Source: Octopus sinensis (Eukaryota). Taken from it: a stretch of DNA of 64,000 nucleotides. The stretch covers positions 28,086,001 through 28,150,000 of the forward strand of contig NC_043021.1 in the NCBI RefSeq assembly GCF_006345805.1, given 5' to 3'. The translations under genes were made by a program, and so were the position numbers. The notes below the pieces were generated by a model. It was given only the letters and a program-made list of their open reading frames with translations. It was not told the DNA's origin and searched no databases. Below are positions 49,991 through 63,714 of the stretch, piece by piece. How positions within the stretch are numbered: the stretch's first letter is position 1; every line of letters starts with the position of its first letter.

Positions 49991-52900
49991 TCTTAGTTTA
50001 CATTTTTTATGTGTTTTCTTTATTTGACTGAGACTATACTGGTTGACACAACCTTGTTTTTTTAGTTGCTACAATTTGGTTGCAGTATATCTGTAAAATC
50101 TGGAACTTATGAACATCTCCTTTCGGCGAACGACTTAGTCACGTGGTGTAAAACATTCTAACAGCGCTTGTCAAACAGTGAGGGACAATTAACGGCAAAA
50201 AGATACCCCCCCCCCACACACACACAGACACACAGACACAGGCGTGTGCAAATTCACACACATACATACACACAGAGACACACATACACATATACACACA
50301 AAAATATGCCTCTATGCATATATACATATTTGTGAGTGTGTATCCATGGATATTCATAAGTATACACACACGCAGATCGACACAAGCACATCACAAACGC
50401 ACACACATATTTATACGCATATCTATAAAGTTAAACCATTTTAAACTTTTACTGACAGGAGGGAAATAAAAGTACAAAGAAATATTTGCACTAAAATTAT
50501 TATGAACGGAATATAGGAAGATAATTATTTCATAGCAGTAGTAGTATTGATTATATGTGGTGGTGGTGGTAGTGCTGGTGCATGTAGGATATTAATTGCT
50601 TCTTGTTTTTGCTACCATTGTTACAGGTATAGTACATGTGACTTTTGTAGGAAAAGTTAATCAACTTTATATCTTGTATTTTGTCATAGCTTATAATATT
50701 TAAGTTCCACTACAGCGAAGGTAAAATTAACGGTTCGACAAAGAGTAGTATATATTCAATAAACTAATACAATATACTAATTATCTCCCCTCGTTAAGTT
50801 GCCTACGAGCCAACAGAAAACGTACCACCAGCTTCGCTTGCTATTTTTCTCACGTTGTTTTATCATCTCAAACAAACACTTGAAGGAAATAATTATTCTG
50901 CTTGTATGCTATTTTTATTTTTTGTTTCTGCTTGGTTTTCTTCTTTTTTTTTATTCTTCTGCTATAATATTGAGATCAATCGAAAAATAGCATATTATTT
51001 GTGTGAGATATTTCGCATCTCAACGTTTTGCCAAATAAACTTTGGAAGTAAGTCTCTTTGTTTCTCAGCATAGTTAATGATAACGATACAAAAATATATA
51101 AATATAAAGAAAAATATGGGAATTGGTGTTAGAAAATATAAAACCAAAAACTTAAAGCAAAAACTAGTAAAATATAAAATCAAACAATTCAAGCAAAAAT
51201 AATAAAATATTGTAAACTACTTTATGAAATGAAACTTAAAAAATGAAAATTATGGAAAGATTTGTCTTTATATTTTGAGAGCGATCAATATGAATAAGTT
51301 AAGGCCTCACATCAAAAGCAAGGATATTGCTGTTTGCCGTCCGTTATATTTCAAAAGAAAGCAAAGTTAATTTAGATATTTTTAATGTAGGTATTTGCTA
51401 TTAGTCTTTTTTATATTAATATATGTACATCCACATACTGAGAGTTATTCATGGCTACACTATCAAATAAGCCGCAATTATGTATGCAATATATAAAAGC
51501 CGCTGCTATGAGCAGGTATAAATATCGCAAGCCCTCAGAAAAGAGGAGTCGAAAGAAAGACTATACGATTATACATAATTGCTAAAAAATACGAAAGTGA
51601 TCTGATGCAAAAAATACGAAAAACACATGAGTGTTTACTTGTATTTCTTTCAGTTGATATACGATGGGGGTGCCGAAAAGTTCTTGGCTATAGGTAAAAG
51701 AAAATACAATAGGATCAGTTAATTATGATTTTATTAAACATATTCCCCTCATATATACACATATATACACAGATACATAAGTATATATATGTATACACTT
51801 ATATCGTCGCAAAATATATTTCACGTTAATATAGATAACTGGTCAGAACATTACCATCAGTTTCGCGCAGTGTACTACCAACTGAGTATATTGACATTTC
51901 ATACATGCTATCCGTAAGCTTATAGTCTCGTCAGCACTAAAACTATATCGCCTCAAGTCTGATTCAGGTTTAGCGAAAGAGTTGAACAAAATTTTGGTGG
52001 CGATGTTGCAGAACGAACGTAATGTCAGAAGGAAGAAAGAGAAAAGGTACAGTTAATCCCAATGGATTAGCATTAACTTAGGTGAAGTTTGAAAGCTGTG
52101 TGAGTAACCTTATTAAATTCGAAAAGCGACATTGCCATGACACCAAAGCAAATTTACGTTTATGAAAGCATTATGTGAAAGTCTCGCTTTTCGAGTTCAG
52201 AAAAGCACCCGGACCTTGTGAAATCCTTCCTGCCAAGGAGACTCTATCATTTCCTACTTCCATTAAGATGTCGTCTAACTCTTTCAAGCAACCTCTAATC
52301 AATTTTATTTGAGCTTGCCTCCTCTTCCTATCACTATATATAACTGGCTAGATTTTCAACATAACGTTTTCCCTGAAATTTTAAATAAGATGCGTAATTA
52401 TTCAACCTGGCCTTCAAGTGGTCCTCTGTTAATGCGACGCATTTTTATGAAAATGTGTCGTACAGTTGGTATTCGTCGATGCTCCCTCAACTTCGTCGAC
52501 CATGGCCGTTGTAGTGAACTCTTTTTCTACATGCCAAAATCATTGCCGATATTTTACGCAATCTCCATTTTGTTCATATTTCAATAACGATGCCCACTGA
52601 AGCAGAAGCAAGACTGTTGCTTTCATTTTCCATGTTGACAAAAATCCATTTACCTTTTAAATAAATAAATTAATATGTTTTAGTGAAATTGATTCTTCAT
52701 TTCACGACCTTAACTCCACTTTGGTAGTTAGAGAGTCGCTAACGTTTTCTTTCTGTAACTAAATGAAAAATATCAATTAACTGAGAATTTATCGCATTCC
52801 GTTAACTACATCTCACTTTATCAAATATGTATATGTTATAGTAATGTTTACAGTCATGTAAAGCAATATATCACGATAGCAGCTTTTATAGTCACTCAGT

Positions 52901-54774
52901 ATGATATTTAAAATCATGATATTAAATAACCCATCAAGTGATATAATTGTTTATAACCTATATTAGCAGAGGATATGGCCAACCAGTTCAACACATTTAT
53001 GGTATCATAGGAAATTACATAGTCATATCAGATAATATCCACTAAATCCACTTAATATTGAACATAATTATAAATTACATACAGAGTGGATAACTTTATA
53101 TAAGTTATCCACTTATATATCTACTTAGCATAAGTCAAAACAAATATGTGACGTAGAGGATCTTTTGTGAATTTATCATGGAATTTCTGTTCATACAGCA
53201 TAGCCAGAAAGCTGTTATAGAAACAGAGAGCTCATTGACCCGCAGAGCGATGTACTCCATAGGTTCGGTCAAGGTTTGTAAACTTAGCCGATGCTTTAGA
53301 GATATTGAAACAAGACTCTATAGTAGTCACAATACAATGAAGGCCGCTGGTTTTCAATTAACTCACTACAAATATTCCCCTTGTAGCAAATATTTAATGA
53401 AGATTTTTACAATACATTGATATAATGATAATTGACTTTCATAAACAAGACATGATTAACAGTTCCTGTTGCGGTTGTTTTAGATATTACTAGTTGTTGA
53501 TTCTCGATTTAGAAAAAAGAGAAAATATTTGCATTTTCGACGGAAAATTTCCTTTGAATGGCTTCGCTAGAAACTTAGGGAAATATGAGATTACAGTGAT
53601 AGTGATAATGACAATGACGACGACGACGATGATGATGATAATAGTCAACTATTTGTGCGTGGATTTGCATAAAGAATGAGAAGGAAAACTGGAAAAGACG
53701 GCGAAATGCGATAACAACGTATATGGCATGTATGTGATAAAATGAACGATGCATCCCTCAAATACAGGAGTAATCCAGTTAGGGTCATTAAAGGAATCTC
53801 CCAGATCCAGTATTGTTCTAGCCAACAAAGGTTTCTGAATCTTCAAGTGCATTCACTTTAACCATTTTTGCCACGTTCACACATTTTTCACTAATTCACT
53901 GGGTGGTGACACTGCACTCTCCACCCTCACTTTCCTTCCTAAGTGGAACTTGGAAAAGTCGATGAGGGATTGAACTAAAAGGAGGGTGTCTTAAATAATT
54001 CTTTCAGCCTTGTCAATCACATAACCTCTTACACCATAACCACAAGAGAGTGGACACACCACCCACTCTGCCTTGTTGGCGATCTTCATCATGGACTCGA
54101 CCGATAATCGGATTCGTCCCAAACGCGTGAACAGCTATTCGACATCGCTCCACAAGAGAGCAATACTCGGACACTGCAGAACGGTTTCGTCGCTCTGTGC
54201 GCATCATGGACTGTCCTGTCTGACAGCGTTTCCGTGTCTCTAGCTCGCAGTGCTCCTCAGCAGTACTTCCAAGCCAGGGATTTCTGGAAGTTATCTATGC
54301 ATATACTTGGCCCGAAAGTCCTCGGAAACAAACCAGCTAGTTCGTACCCATCGGCACCTAAAGTCTCTCCCAGGAAGTCATTGCTCTTACCCACCACTAG
54401 GTTTCTATGTATATTGCTACATTAGAACTTCCACTGGCCATATTGCCAGACTGGTAGAGGGTAGTAATGAAATTCCAGATGTCTGGCACCTAATCTTCGT
54501 TATTTTCTGACCCAGGATTGCGGCTCCATTAAAGTGATGAGCGGCGGAGAACACACTGGATCATTAATAAAAAACCTTTTTACTATCGACAGATAGTCAA
54601 ATCTTAAGAGACCCCTAGAACATGTAACATATAAACTAGGTTCTAAACTTAATTTATCACAATTGTTGCCGAACCAGTGATGGCAACACTTACACTAAAG
54701 CACTAAAGTTAGATATGAAACTTACAAGACTCTGAAGGTTGAACAATATAATTAGATTATAGAATTTAAATTGC

Positions 54775-54920
54775 ATTAGCGGTAATCATTCTTTAGGGGG
54801 ACCCCACTGTTTATCTGATACTTATCTTATCGATCCGGAAGTTTTAAGTTCGACCTCGGTGGAATTTGAACTGAGAACGTGAAGACGGACAGAATGCTGT
54901 TTTGCCCGGCGCACTAACAG
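54775..54920 (-). mobile_element. SINE family A fragment
   Basis: 'ttcgacctcggtggaatttgaactgagaacgtgaagacggac'. Confidence 0.75.
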
Positions 54921-55135
54921 CAGCAGCAGCAACTACTACTATTACAACCACAACAACAACAACAACAACAACTACTACTACTACTACTATTACCATTGTA
55001 GCTACAACTATCGCTATCACCACAAGTACCCCCACCACTACTACGTCTACTACTAATGCTTACTGTTACTGTTCCACCTACTACTATTACTACTACTTGT
55101 AGTACTATTGATAGTGGTAGTAGTAGTATTAGTAT

Positions 55136-55170
<35 letters not shown>
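54920..55170. repeat. compound (CAG)/(AAC)/(TAC)n switching to (TAG)n microsatellite
   Basis: Direct inspection; the (TAC)n and (TAG)n tracts are mutually complementary. Confidence 0.9.
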
Positions 55171-55279
55171 CTTGATCAGCCATTATATCTAAATATTTTC
55201 CTTTATTTACACAACCAGTTAATTTTCTATGTATTTACTGTTGAAATTTTCCGTTTTTTTACTGTCGAAATTTACTGTT

Positions 55280-55490
55280 GTGTCTTTGCGGTATTTCGTC
55301 TGCTGTTACGTTCTGAGTTCAAATTCCACCGAGGTCGACTTTGCCTTTCATCTTTTCGGGGTCGATTAAATAAGTATCAGTGAATCACTAGGGTCGATGT
55401 AATCGACTTAATCCCCTTGTCTGTCCTTGTTTGTCCCCTCTATGTTTAGCCCCCTGTGGGCAATATAGAAATAACTACCTTTCCAAAGCG
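55280..55490 (+). mobile_element. SINE family A
   Basis: 'acgttctgagttcaaattccaccgaggtcgactttgcctttcatc'; 3' tail shared with 58338-58577. Confidence 0.85.
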
Positions 55491-57894
55491 CCTACTCTAG
55501 ATTCCTAGCCTATTTTTTCTGTCGCTAAGTTCTTACTATACCTTATTGATTCTACTTTAATCGGCCTTTTAAGAGCGTAAAATCATTTGTAGGATTGACA
55601 CGTCAATGCACTGGTAACTCAATAGATAGCCCAGTTTTTCTAATCAGAGGCGTCGAGAGCAATGCTTTCCTCCTTCAGTAACTGTGTCCTTGTCTACGGA
55701 GCCTAACGAGATTGGCCATGCAGATCTCAAACTTGTGGCCTGTGTAGTCGAGAATTTCGAATTGTAGGCTATCGTAGACTACTGTAATCCATTGTCACGT
55801 ACGAAATATCGTGTAAGTACTCGTCAGATATTTCGAAATTACTGAGCAGGTTGGTGAGTTGTTTGAAACCATTTCGAGACCCGCACAATCCAAGCTTGCA
55901 TCCTAGATACCATTCCAAACTTCCACTACCTATAAGGAGTGGATGTTCTAAGGAAATACTCAAATGTCTAAAGAAACCTGTCTTGGGACGTACACAGCTA
56001 TGAGTCTGAAGAAAGGCCTTTGTTGTTCACGTCAAAAGTACTACAAACTTACGCTCTGAGTCAAAGAAGATGGTTCGTATTGTAAGATTCAGCCGGTCGA
56101 AACAGTACAGTGTCTTCGCCTTCCAATCCCGGGGGGCCTAGAGATAAATAAATATCGTTTCCACCAAATATGGCTACGAGGGATCGAGGGAAGGAATTTC
56201 TAGTCTTGCTCATGTCCACCGTATCTAAATATATATAGTGACCTGTAGTCGTTGTGCAGATGGTACTTTTTCAAAGGTAAACCAAGGCCCACTGACATTT
56301 ATTCTGCCTATTCTGAGTGAAGTCATCTCCAACTGATATTAAAGGAAACGGAGAGCTAATTACAGGAAGGATAGATAGATGCTCTCTCACATTCTTTATT
56401 ATAGTTCCTTATCAAATATTTTTTGATATACCTTCTGAAGTCCATCGGCGTAGATGACAACTATTCCTGGGGTTGTTGGTGAAGATGGCATATCATCTGA
56501 ACTGTTACCTAATCCGAAGAATGGCAAGCATTGTTGACCTACAGAGAAACGATATCTTCTTATATTCTAAGAAAGATTTTTATGATTCGAGGAGACTTGC
56601 TGTCACCAAAACTCAAGACAGCATCTAATATACCATTTAATAGTTATTATAACAAGAATTACGACGACGCCAATAAAAACAACAACAACAACAACAGCGA
56701 CGAAGACGGCGACGACAAGAGCAACAACGACAATAATAATGATAACAATCGCCATCATGGTTTCAATTTAAATATAAAACAGATTAATTCTTGTAATGTT
56801 TGTAATCTAAGAGATACCCTAAAGAAAGCGTTGGAAAACCAGGCAAATAAATAACCCATTTTTCCTTCTTTTCTTCCTTTCACACTAATATGGAATTATT
56901 TCGTGTTTGTTCTCTTTTCTTGTGTTTTCCTTTTATCGTTTGTGTAAATTTTGTTTTGTATTGTATGTTGTTTTCAGCCATTCAGTTTCTTTTTAATTGT
57001 CTTTTTGTATTTATTTAAAAACTTTTTTTGGTTCCTTTTCTCTTATATTGATAAATACCTTGGCAATAAATTCAATTTCATATCAAATTCTTTCCCCTCC
57101 ACCGCCAATTCCTATTGCAGCTAGACTCATTTCCTTGCATTCCCATTAATAATATTAACTCCCTGTACTTGCCGTATTATACCTTATATTTTCTTTTAAA
57201 ACTGTTGTTTCTATGATATTTTTTGTAACACACACATACTCACATATACACACAGACAAATACAAAAACGTGCATATACGCGATCTCACCTGATTTTAAT
57301 CTACCTTCACGGAAAGAAATTCGATAATATTTATGTCTAATTCTGCTTTATATTACTCGTCTATTGTTAAACTCCAATTGCCGTCAAAACAGGTCCTACT
57401 TTCCGATGTTGTTATTTCCCTCTAGGTCAACTATGATTGTACAGAAATCTCAGAGAAGTTAACGCAGGCATCATTTTAGTGAAATCTAGAACTGAATTCC
57501 TACCTTCCAAACGATAGGTTAAAATACCATTATGGAAGTTAGTCTCGTAGCTTTAGTCGCATGAACGATCGACAACGTAGACTCCATTAGTTGTCTCGTC
57601 TTCATATTCTAGTGTAGATCCAGGACGATTCAGAATGAATTCTAAGGTAGATTGATATTCTACCTGACAGTAAGCTTAAACCGTATTTGTTTTGCCAGTT
57701 ATATTTTGTCCCCGGGCAGATTAAAATTATGCTCTCACAAACTGCTAAGTTGTGATGTAGTCGTATGATGAGCTGTGTGAGTGTCGAAACGTAGTTTACT
57801 TTATCTACTTGAGACAGGTTCAACATTGATTTCCGGGAAACTCCAAAGACATTTCGAATCACTGCTTTTTCCGAACCATGGTGGTCGCACTCTA

Positions 57895-58577
57895 AATTAA
57901 ACAAATATTGGTTTCAAATGTTGGGTGGGGGCGGGGGTTATGTTGATTACATCAACCTCAGCGTTCGACTGGCACTTATTTGATCTACTCCGAATTGATG
58001 AAAGATACAGTCGGCTTTGGTGGAATTTGAACTCAGAGCGTAAGACGGACGAAGTGCTGCGAAGAATTATTTTTCCCACCATGCTACTGACTCTGCCAGA
58101 AAGCCGCTTTAAATTAAACAAGCATTAAATTTCCTTAATTAAATGAAATACAGGTACGACTACATTAGTTTAAATAATCCTTTATACTACAGGCACAAAA
58201 TCTGAAATTTTGGGTGGGGAAATAAGTCGATTATATCGATCCCTTTGCTCAACTGGTACTTATTTTATCGACCCCGAAAGGATGAAAGACAAAGTCGACC
58301 TCAGCGGAACTTGAAATCAGAGCATAAATACAGTCGAAATACCTATTTCTTTGCTACCCCGCAGGGGCCAAACACGGAGAGGACAAACGAGGACAGACAA
58401 ACGGTTTAAGTCGATTATATCGACCCCAGTGCGTAACTAGTACTTAATTTATCGACCCCGAAAGGATGAAAGGCAAAGTCGACCTCGGCGGAATTTGAAC
58501 GCAGAACGTAACGGTAGACGAAATGCCGCTAAGCATTTCACCCGGCGCGCTAACGTTTCTGCCAGCTCGCCGCCTTA
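57895..58577 (-). mobile_element. cluster of three family-A SINEs (57895-58110, 58185-58330, 58338-58577)
   Basis: Three copies of the 'gatgaaag.caaagtcgacctc.gcggaatttgaa' core; the last runs to the 5' end 'ctgccagctcgccgcc'. Confidence 0.85.
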
Positions 58578-59807
58578 TACATTAGTATAAATAATACAAA
58601 GTTTTTAATACTTTGCTGCACAAAGAATTAGCCCGTGCAAGGAACTAGTAAACTAGTTTTGTGGCTGCCGGAATATGAAGTTCTTGCTCGTAAATTAACG
58701 CAGATTATAAAAAGTTTCAGACTATTGTCTGGAAATCCGGTTTTGAACCTGTTCTGTGGTTGCGTTTGTACATTGTGTGTAGCTGTCGGGAAGTGACGAA
58801 GATGACCTCCTCAGGAGGATTACGTCTAAACAATGTTTTTGGAAGGTAACGGGCCGACAATAACTGGCCGAAATTGCCAGTTATTCCCTTTCTAGCCATT
58901 CTGACATCCAAAAACCCATACAGTCACATTACATATTCACTGGATTAAAACAGCCCTGGCTTTTGGCGCAGTTATCTTCCATACTGACATAAATTAACAC
59001 ATGGATATAACACACACATTTTGTTAATAAGAACACGCAACACAATCACAGGACTTTGGTAAAAAAATGAAATTATTATTACCCCAGATATTTATTGATA
59101 TAAATAAGTGTCATTTAGGTTTTAAGAAGTCAATTGGATTTTTTATCTTTTTTATCGAGCCGTTAAAGTGAGTTGAAAAGATGGTTTTAGCTCCTTTTCC
59201 CATTCCCTAATATAATCGTAGCCTATTCTGTTGGCTACACGCAGCGAATGACTGGTACTTTGAGTTTCGTACTGTCACGGGGCTGAATTTCCTAAAGGAG
59301 AAACAATAGTTTTGTTCTTTCTGTTTCTCTAATGACACTGCATCACGGCTCTCTGCTGAAACATATGTTTCGGTAAATTATAAGAGTAATTATAAGCACA
59401 TATCAGAATTAGTTTGGTGGTTATTGATTGGTGGGATTATTGATAGTACTCTTTCGTAGTCCGAGAAAATGGGTTCTGCAATTTCTTGCTGAAAATCCTG
59501 CGCGAATGGTTGGTTTATAGTGATCGAATGTATGGTGAGTACTTTAGTTCCCTGCCTCCATCAAATCGACGTTGCTTGAACAGGTTCATGGTGTACCACA
59601 TATAATGTGTCGAAGTGATCGAAGAAGTGAGAGTGTTTTTCTCAAGAACAACATTTATCACCCTGTCCAAAAATTTTAAATCAGGATCTTGTGATAGTGA
59701 GTATAGCACACTAATCACTAGGCCATGCGCTGTCACACGACTGGTATCGATAGACGGCCACAAACGAAAAACTTATACAAAGGAATGTATAATTTATTTA
59801 TAAAATC

Positions 59808-60090
59808 TTGCGTAGTTAAAAGCGTGGGCTACTAACCCCAAGATTCCGAGTTCAATTCCAAGCAGTGACCTGAATAATAATAAAAATAAAAATAAATAAT
59901 AATGATAATAACATCGAAAAATACCTTAGGAATGAGAACCCAGGTTCGAAAATTCCCCAAGACAACTGAAGAAGGCTGGAGGGTATATTAGCCAAAACGT
60001 TGTGTTAACAACAAACAAGATGAGGACAAATATCCGTCAAATGTAAATAATGTACATAATTCCTCATCTCTTAAATATAGAAATGTATCT
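59808..60090 (+). mobile_element. tRNA-headed SINE-like element containing a hammerhead motif
   Basis: A-box-like 'tgcgtagtt', anticodon-like arm GGG-ctactaa-CCC, B-box 'gagttcaattcc', (AAT)-rich linker, then the HHR family of 38160-38335. Confidence 0.65.
59961..60006 (+). ncRNA. degenerate hammerhead (G12A)
   Basis: GACAA CUGAAGA A GGCUgg...UUAGCC AAAAC GUU GUGUU; homologous to 38251-38296. Confidence 0.6.
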
Positions 60091-60124
60091 TTAATATTGT
60101 TAACATTATCATGTTGTTTGTGTT

Positions 60125-60430
60125 GTTGTTTGTTCCTTCTCAAGCCATGCCTGGCTCATAAGGGCCGGTTTCCCGGTTTCATTGGCATATAGGTTCCCCT
60201 CCTCGACGGGATGCCGATCCGTCGCAGGTGAGCTGCAAGATGCAGGAGGAAAGAGTGAGAGAAAAGTTGTGGCGAAAGAGTCAGCAGAAGTTTGCCATTA
60301 CCTTCTGCCGGAGCTGCGTTGAGTTTAGGTGATTCGCTCATAAACACACACCCGGTCTGAGATTCGAACCCACGATCCCTCGACCGCGAATCCACTGCTC
60401 TAACCACTAGGTGATGTGAATCCACTAACA
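60125..60430 (-). mobile_element. tRNA-derived SINE (family D)
   Basis: Minus-strand head 'tagtggttagagcagtggattcgcggtcgagggatcgtgggttcgaatctc' with A and B boxes, followed by a non-tRNA body. Confidence 0.75.
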
Positions 60431-60754
60431 TTATCATATGATATTAAAAAGGGCGGGTGTAAGCAGACTTGTTAGTAACAGTAATAAGATCATAGCGCCA
60501 GCTACCGGAGTTCCCCGGTGTATAAGTGACCGAGATCACAATCACGGAAAGTTGCTCATTTACTACTGAGAGGACGGGAGGCATTTGAAGTGAAGTGATT
60601 CGCTCGAACACACAATGCACCACCTGGTCCAAGAAAGTACGACATTACAATCGTCAGTACAAAATTTCCATCACTTGACTATGTGCCTTCCCGAAAACTT
60701 ACTGCGTCGCAAAAGCGCTTTGCGATATTTCTCACTAAGGTTCTGAGCTGGCAA

Positions 60755-61075
60755 AGGGGCTAGCGTACCGGACAAAATGCTAAGTGACATTTCGTGCGTC
60801 TTTACGTACTGAGTTCAGATTCTGCCGAGGTCGAATTTGTCTTTCATCTCTTCAGGGTCGATAAATTAAGTACCAGTTCAGTGGTGGGGGTTGACGTAAT
60901 CGACTTATGTCCTTCCCCCAAATTCTTGGCCTTGTACCAAACATTTCGGGGAAGGACATTGATATTTCTTCTCACTCTTCTGACGCTTTGTATTCTGAGT
61001 TCAAATCCCACTGAGATTAACTTTAGTTTTCATCCTCTCGGAGTCGATATCATAAGGCAGCAGTCACGCTGAGGT
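60755..61075 (+). mobile_element. family-A SINE(s)
   Basis: 'ctttacgtactgagttcagattctgccgaggtcgaatttgtctttcatc' plus a second partial copy at ~60990. Confidence 0.75.
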
Positions 61076-61621
61076 CGATGACAATCTGTCATTTGCAGGT
61101 CTTTTGTTTTAATCGGAAACGAATACGTAAAACGTGCTTTAATGCTGCTTACTATCTACAGTTCAACTTCACACATTTGTATTTTCAGGTAAGTTTCGAT
61201 AGTGGTGAATTCATTTCCGTATTATCGATGAAATCATCTCAATCACTTCTTTCATATTATCCGCAGGTGGGGCGCAAGAAACAGCTTGCCATACTCCATT
61301 GAGATCATTGCCCTGAAATATCGAACCTTGTCTATTCTGAAGAGTTAGTACAAATGATTTTATTATTACACAGCCTATTGCACAGCAGAAATATTCTACT
61401 TTAAGTTATAGAATTATATCAAAGTTATATCACATTACAAGATATTCTTTTCTTTTACTTAGCAAGGCATTCGGTGAAATACATAGTAGCATTGCCGCAA
61501 GTTAACCAAGGTTTGCAGATTGAATCTGGTATACAAAAGTCTGATATATACATATAAATGAACGTCTATGTGTGTGTATGTGTTTGTATATGTATATATG
61601 TATATATACATATATATATAT

Positions 61622-61661
<40 letters not shown>

Positions 61662-61780
61662 TTATATATATATATATATGTATATAATTTCAACAATTGA
61701 GGGTAAAATTAATTAATTAATCAATTTCACCAAGTATTCAGTATGCAAAGGGACCATTTAAGGCGAATTCAAATTATTAC

Positions 61781-62178
61781 ATTATATAAAAGGGCTTAGT
61801 AAAATAAATTACTTTGCCGCATACTGAACTCATTAGAAATAGCAGCTAAAAAAACTTTTTTAAAACTATTTCTAATACTTAAAGAAAACCTCTCTCATAT
61901 AGTGTTTGCTCAATTCAACTCACGAAAGTATGGGGGTAGAGACATTAAAAAATCAAATGCAAAGGTTATTTGAAACGTACGTTCTCAAATAACCTTTGCA
62001 TTTGATTTTTTAATGTCTCTACCCCCATACTTTCGTGAGTTGAATTGAGCAAACACTATATGAGAGAGGTTTTCTTTAAGTATTAGAAATAGTTTTAAAA
62101 AAGTTTTTTTTAGCTGCTATTTCTAATGAGTTCAGTATGCGGCAAAGTAATTTATTTTACTAAGCCCTTTTATATAAT
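61781..62178. repeat. ~400-bp spacerless palindrome
   Basis: 61781-61978 is the reverse complement of 61979-62178, with only two 1-nt indels seen; centre aaacgt|acgtt. Confidence 0.95.
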
Positions 62179-62191
62179 ATATATGTATATA

Positions 62192-62224
<33 letters not shown>

Positions 62225-62248
62225 GTATATATATATATTATATATTAC

Positions 62249-62294
<46 letters not shown>

Positions 62295-62298
62295 TATA

Positions 62299-62354
<56 letters not shown>

Positions 62355-62596
62355 GTATATATATATGTATATATATATGTATATATATATGTATATATAT
62401 ATATATGTATATATATATGTATATATATATAATATATGTATATATATATGTATATATATATGTATATATATTATATATGTATATATATATGTATATATAT
62501 TATATATATAATATATTATATATATATATTATATATATAGAGAGAGAGAGAGAGAGAGATACATATATACATATATATATACATATATGTATATAC

Positions 62597-62627
<31 letters not shown>

Positions 62628-62679
62628 CACACATATACATACATATATATATATTATATATATATATATATATTATATA

Positions 62680-63085
62680 TCGTTATATTTCGGAATGGTC
62701 ATATTGCCAGTTTAGCCAATAAAAACACACGCACTATATATTTGGTGTTATTTTGCTTCAGTGTTATTTATTTTTTACATTAATCTTAATCTTATTTCGG
62801 CCAGAGTTCTTTCGTCACACTCCTGTGACCGCATCAGTGGTCCTTTGTTTTCTTCTTTCTTATTTGTGTCTCTCCTTACTAACCATCAGCCATTTTGTAT
62901 TTCTATTGTATGTCTTCATTTGCGCATGCTTATATCTCTATGTGCGTCTATGTTTATTTAGTGTGTGTGTTGGAGGGATGCCTGTAATATTTGTATCTTC
63001 TGTTTATATATGTTCATGTAATTTGCATTTTGTTTTTGCTGTTTTTGTTTATTCTTATTTTGTTCATGTGTATGAAAATATGCCA
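62680..63085 (-). mobile_element. 3'-end fragment of the PLE-2 family, including an HHR-like motif at 62799-62843
   Basis: Aligns with 30660-31060; motif GGACCA CUGAUGC G GUCACA ggag UGUGAC GAAA GAAC UC UGGCC. Confidence 0.88.
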
Positions 63086-63090
63086 ACCAG

Positions 63091-63172
<82 letters not shown>

Positions 63173-63198
63173 GATATCTATCTATCTATCTATCTATA

Positions 63199-63238
<40 letters not shown>

Positions 63239-63239
63239 G

Positions 63240-63277
<38 letters not shown>

Positions 63278-63278
63278 A

Positions 63279-63326
<48 letters not shown>

Positions 63327-63370
63327 AATCAATCTATCTATCTCTCTATCTCGCTATCTATCTATCTATA
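63091..63370. repeat. (TCTA)n microsatellite
   Basis: Direct inspection. Confidence 0.97.
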
Positions 63371-63714
63371 GTGTAGGATTGAGTGCGTGTTTCTGTTGGT
63401 TTGTAAGTTATGTATGTTTGTACACATACGTGTGTGTGTGTGTGTGTATGAGTGTGAGAGTGTGTGCGCGCGCGTGTGTGTTTGCATCAGAGAGCAAGCT
63501 TTAAATTGCTATGTTCAAACAAAACCACTTGTGTAGTATATATTTCGCATAAATTTCACAAACACTCACTCATAAATGCTTTGGAAATTAAAATATAAAG
63601 AAACTTGGAATTGACTAGTTCGATGAGCCATGACTAATGACACTAACTGTAATGAAATGAATAATGTATATAACAATGCCAACAATAAGAATAATTCATT
63701 CTAATATAGGAAGA

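Noticed and set aside
51660-51760. 'tacgatggggtgccgaaaagttcttggct', a mariner-like TIR end
   Set aside because: No partner TIR or transposase remnant was identified, so it is too weak to list as a feature.
55790-55835. Minus-strand CTGACGA GTAC...GTAC resembling the 40242 family
   Set aside because: Followed by GTGA rather than GAAA, and there is no stem I.
57765-57805. ATGATGA...GAAACGTA
   Set aside because: C3 is missing and stems I and II do not pair.
59808-59870. tRNA-Ser-like gene
   Set aside because: Acceptor stem and D arm are broken and it continues into a repeat body; treated as a SINE head. The same applies to 60340-60420.
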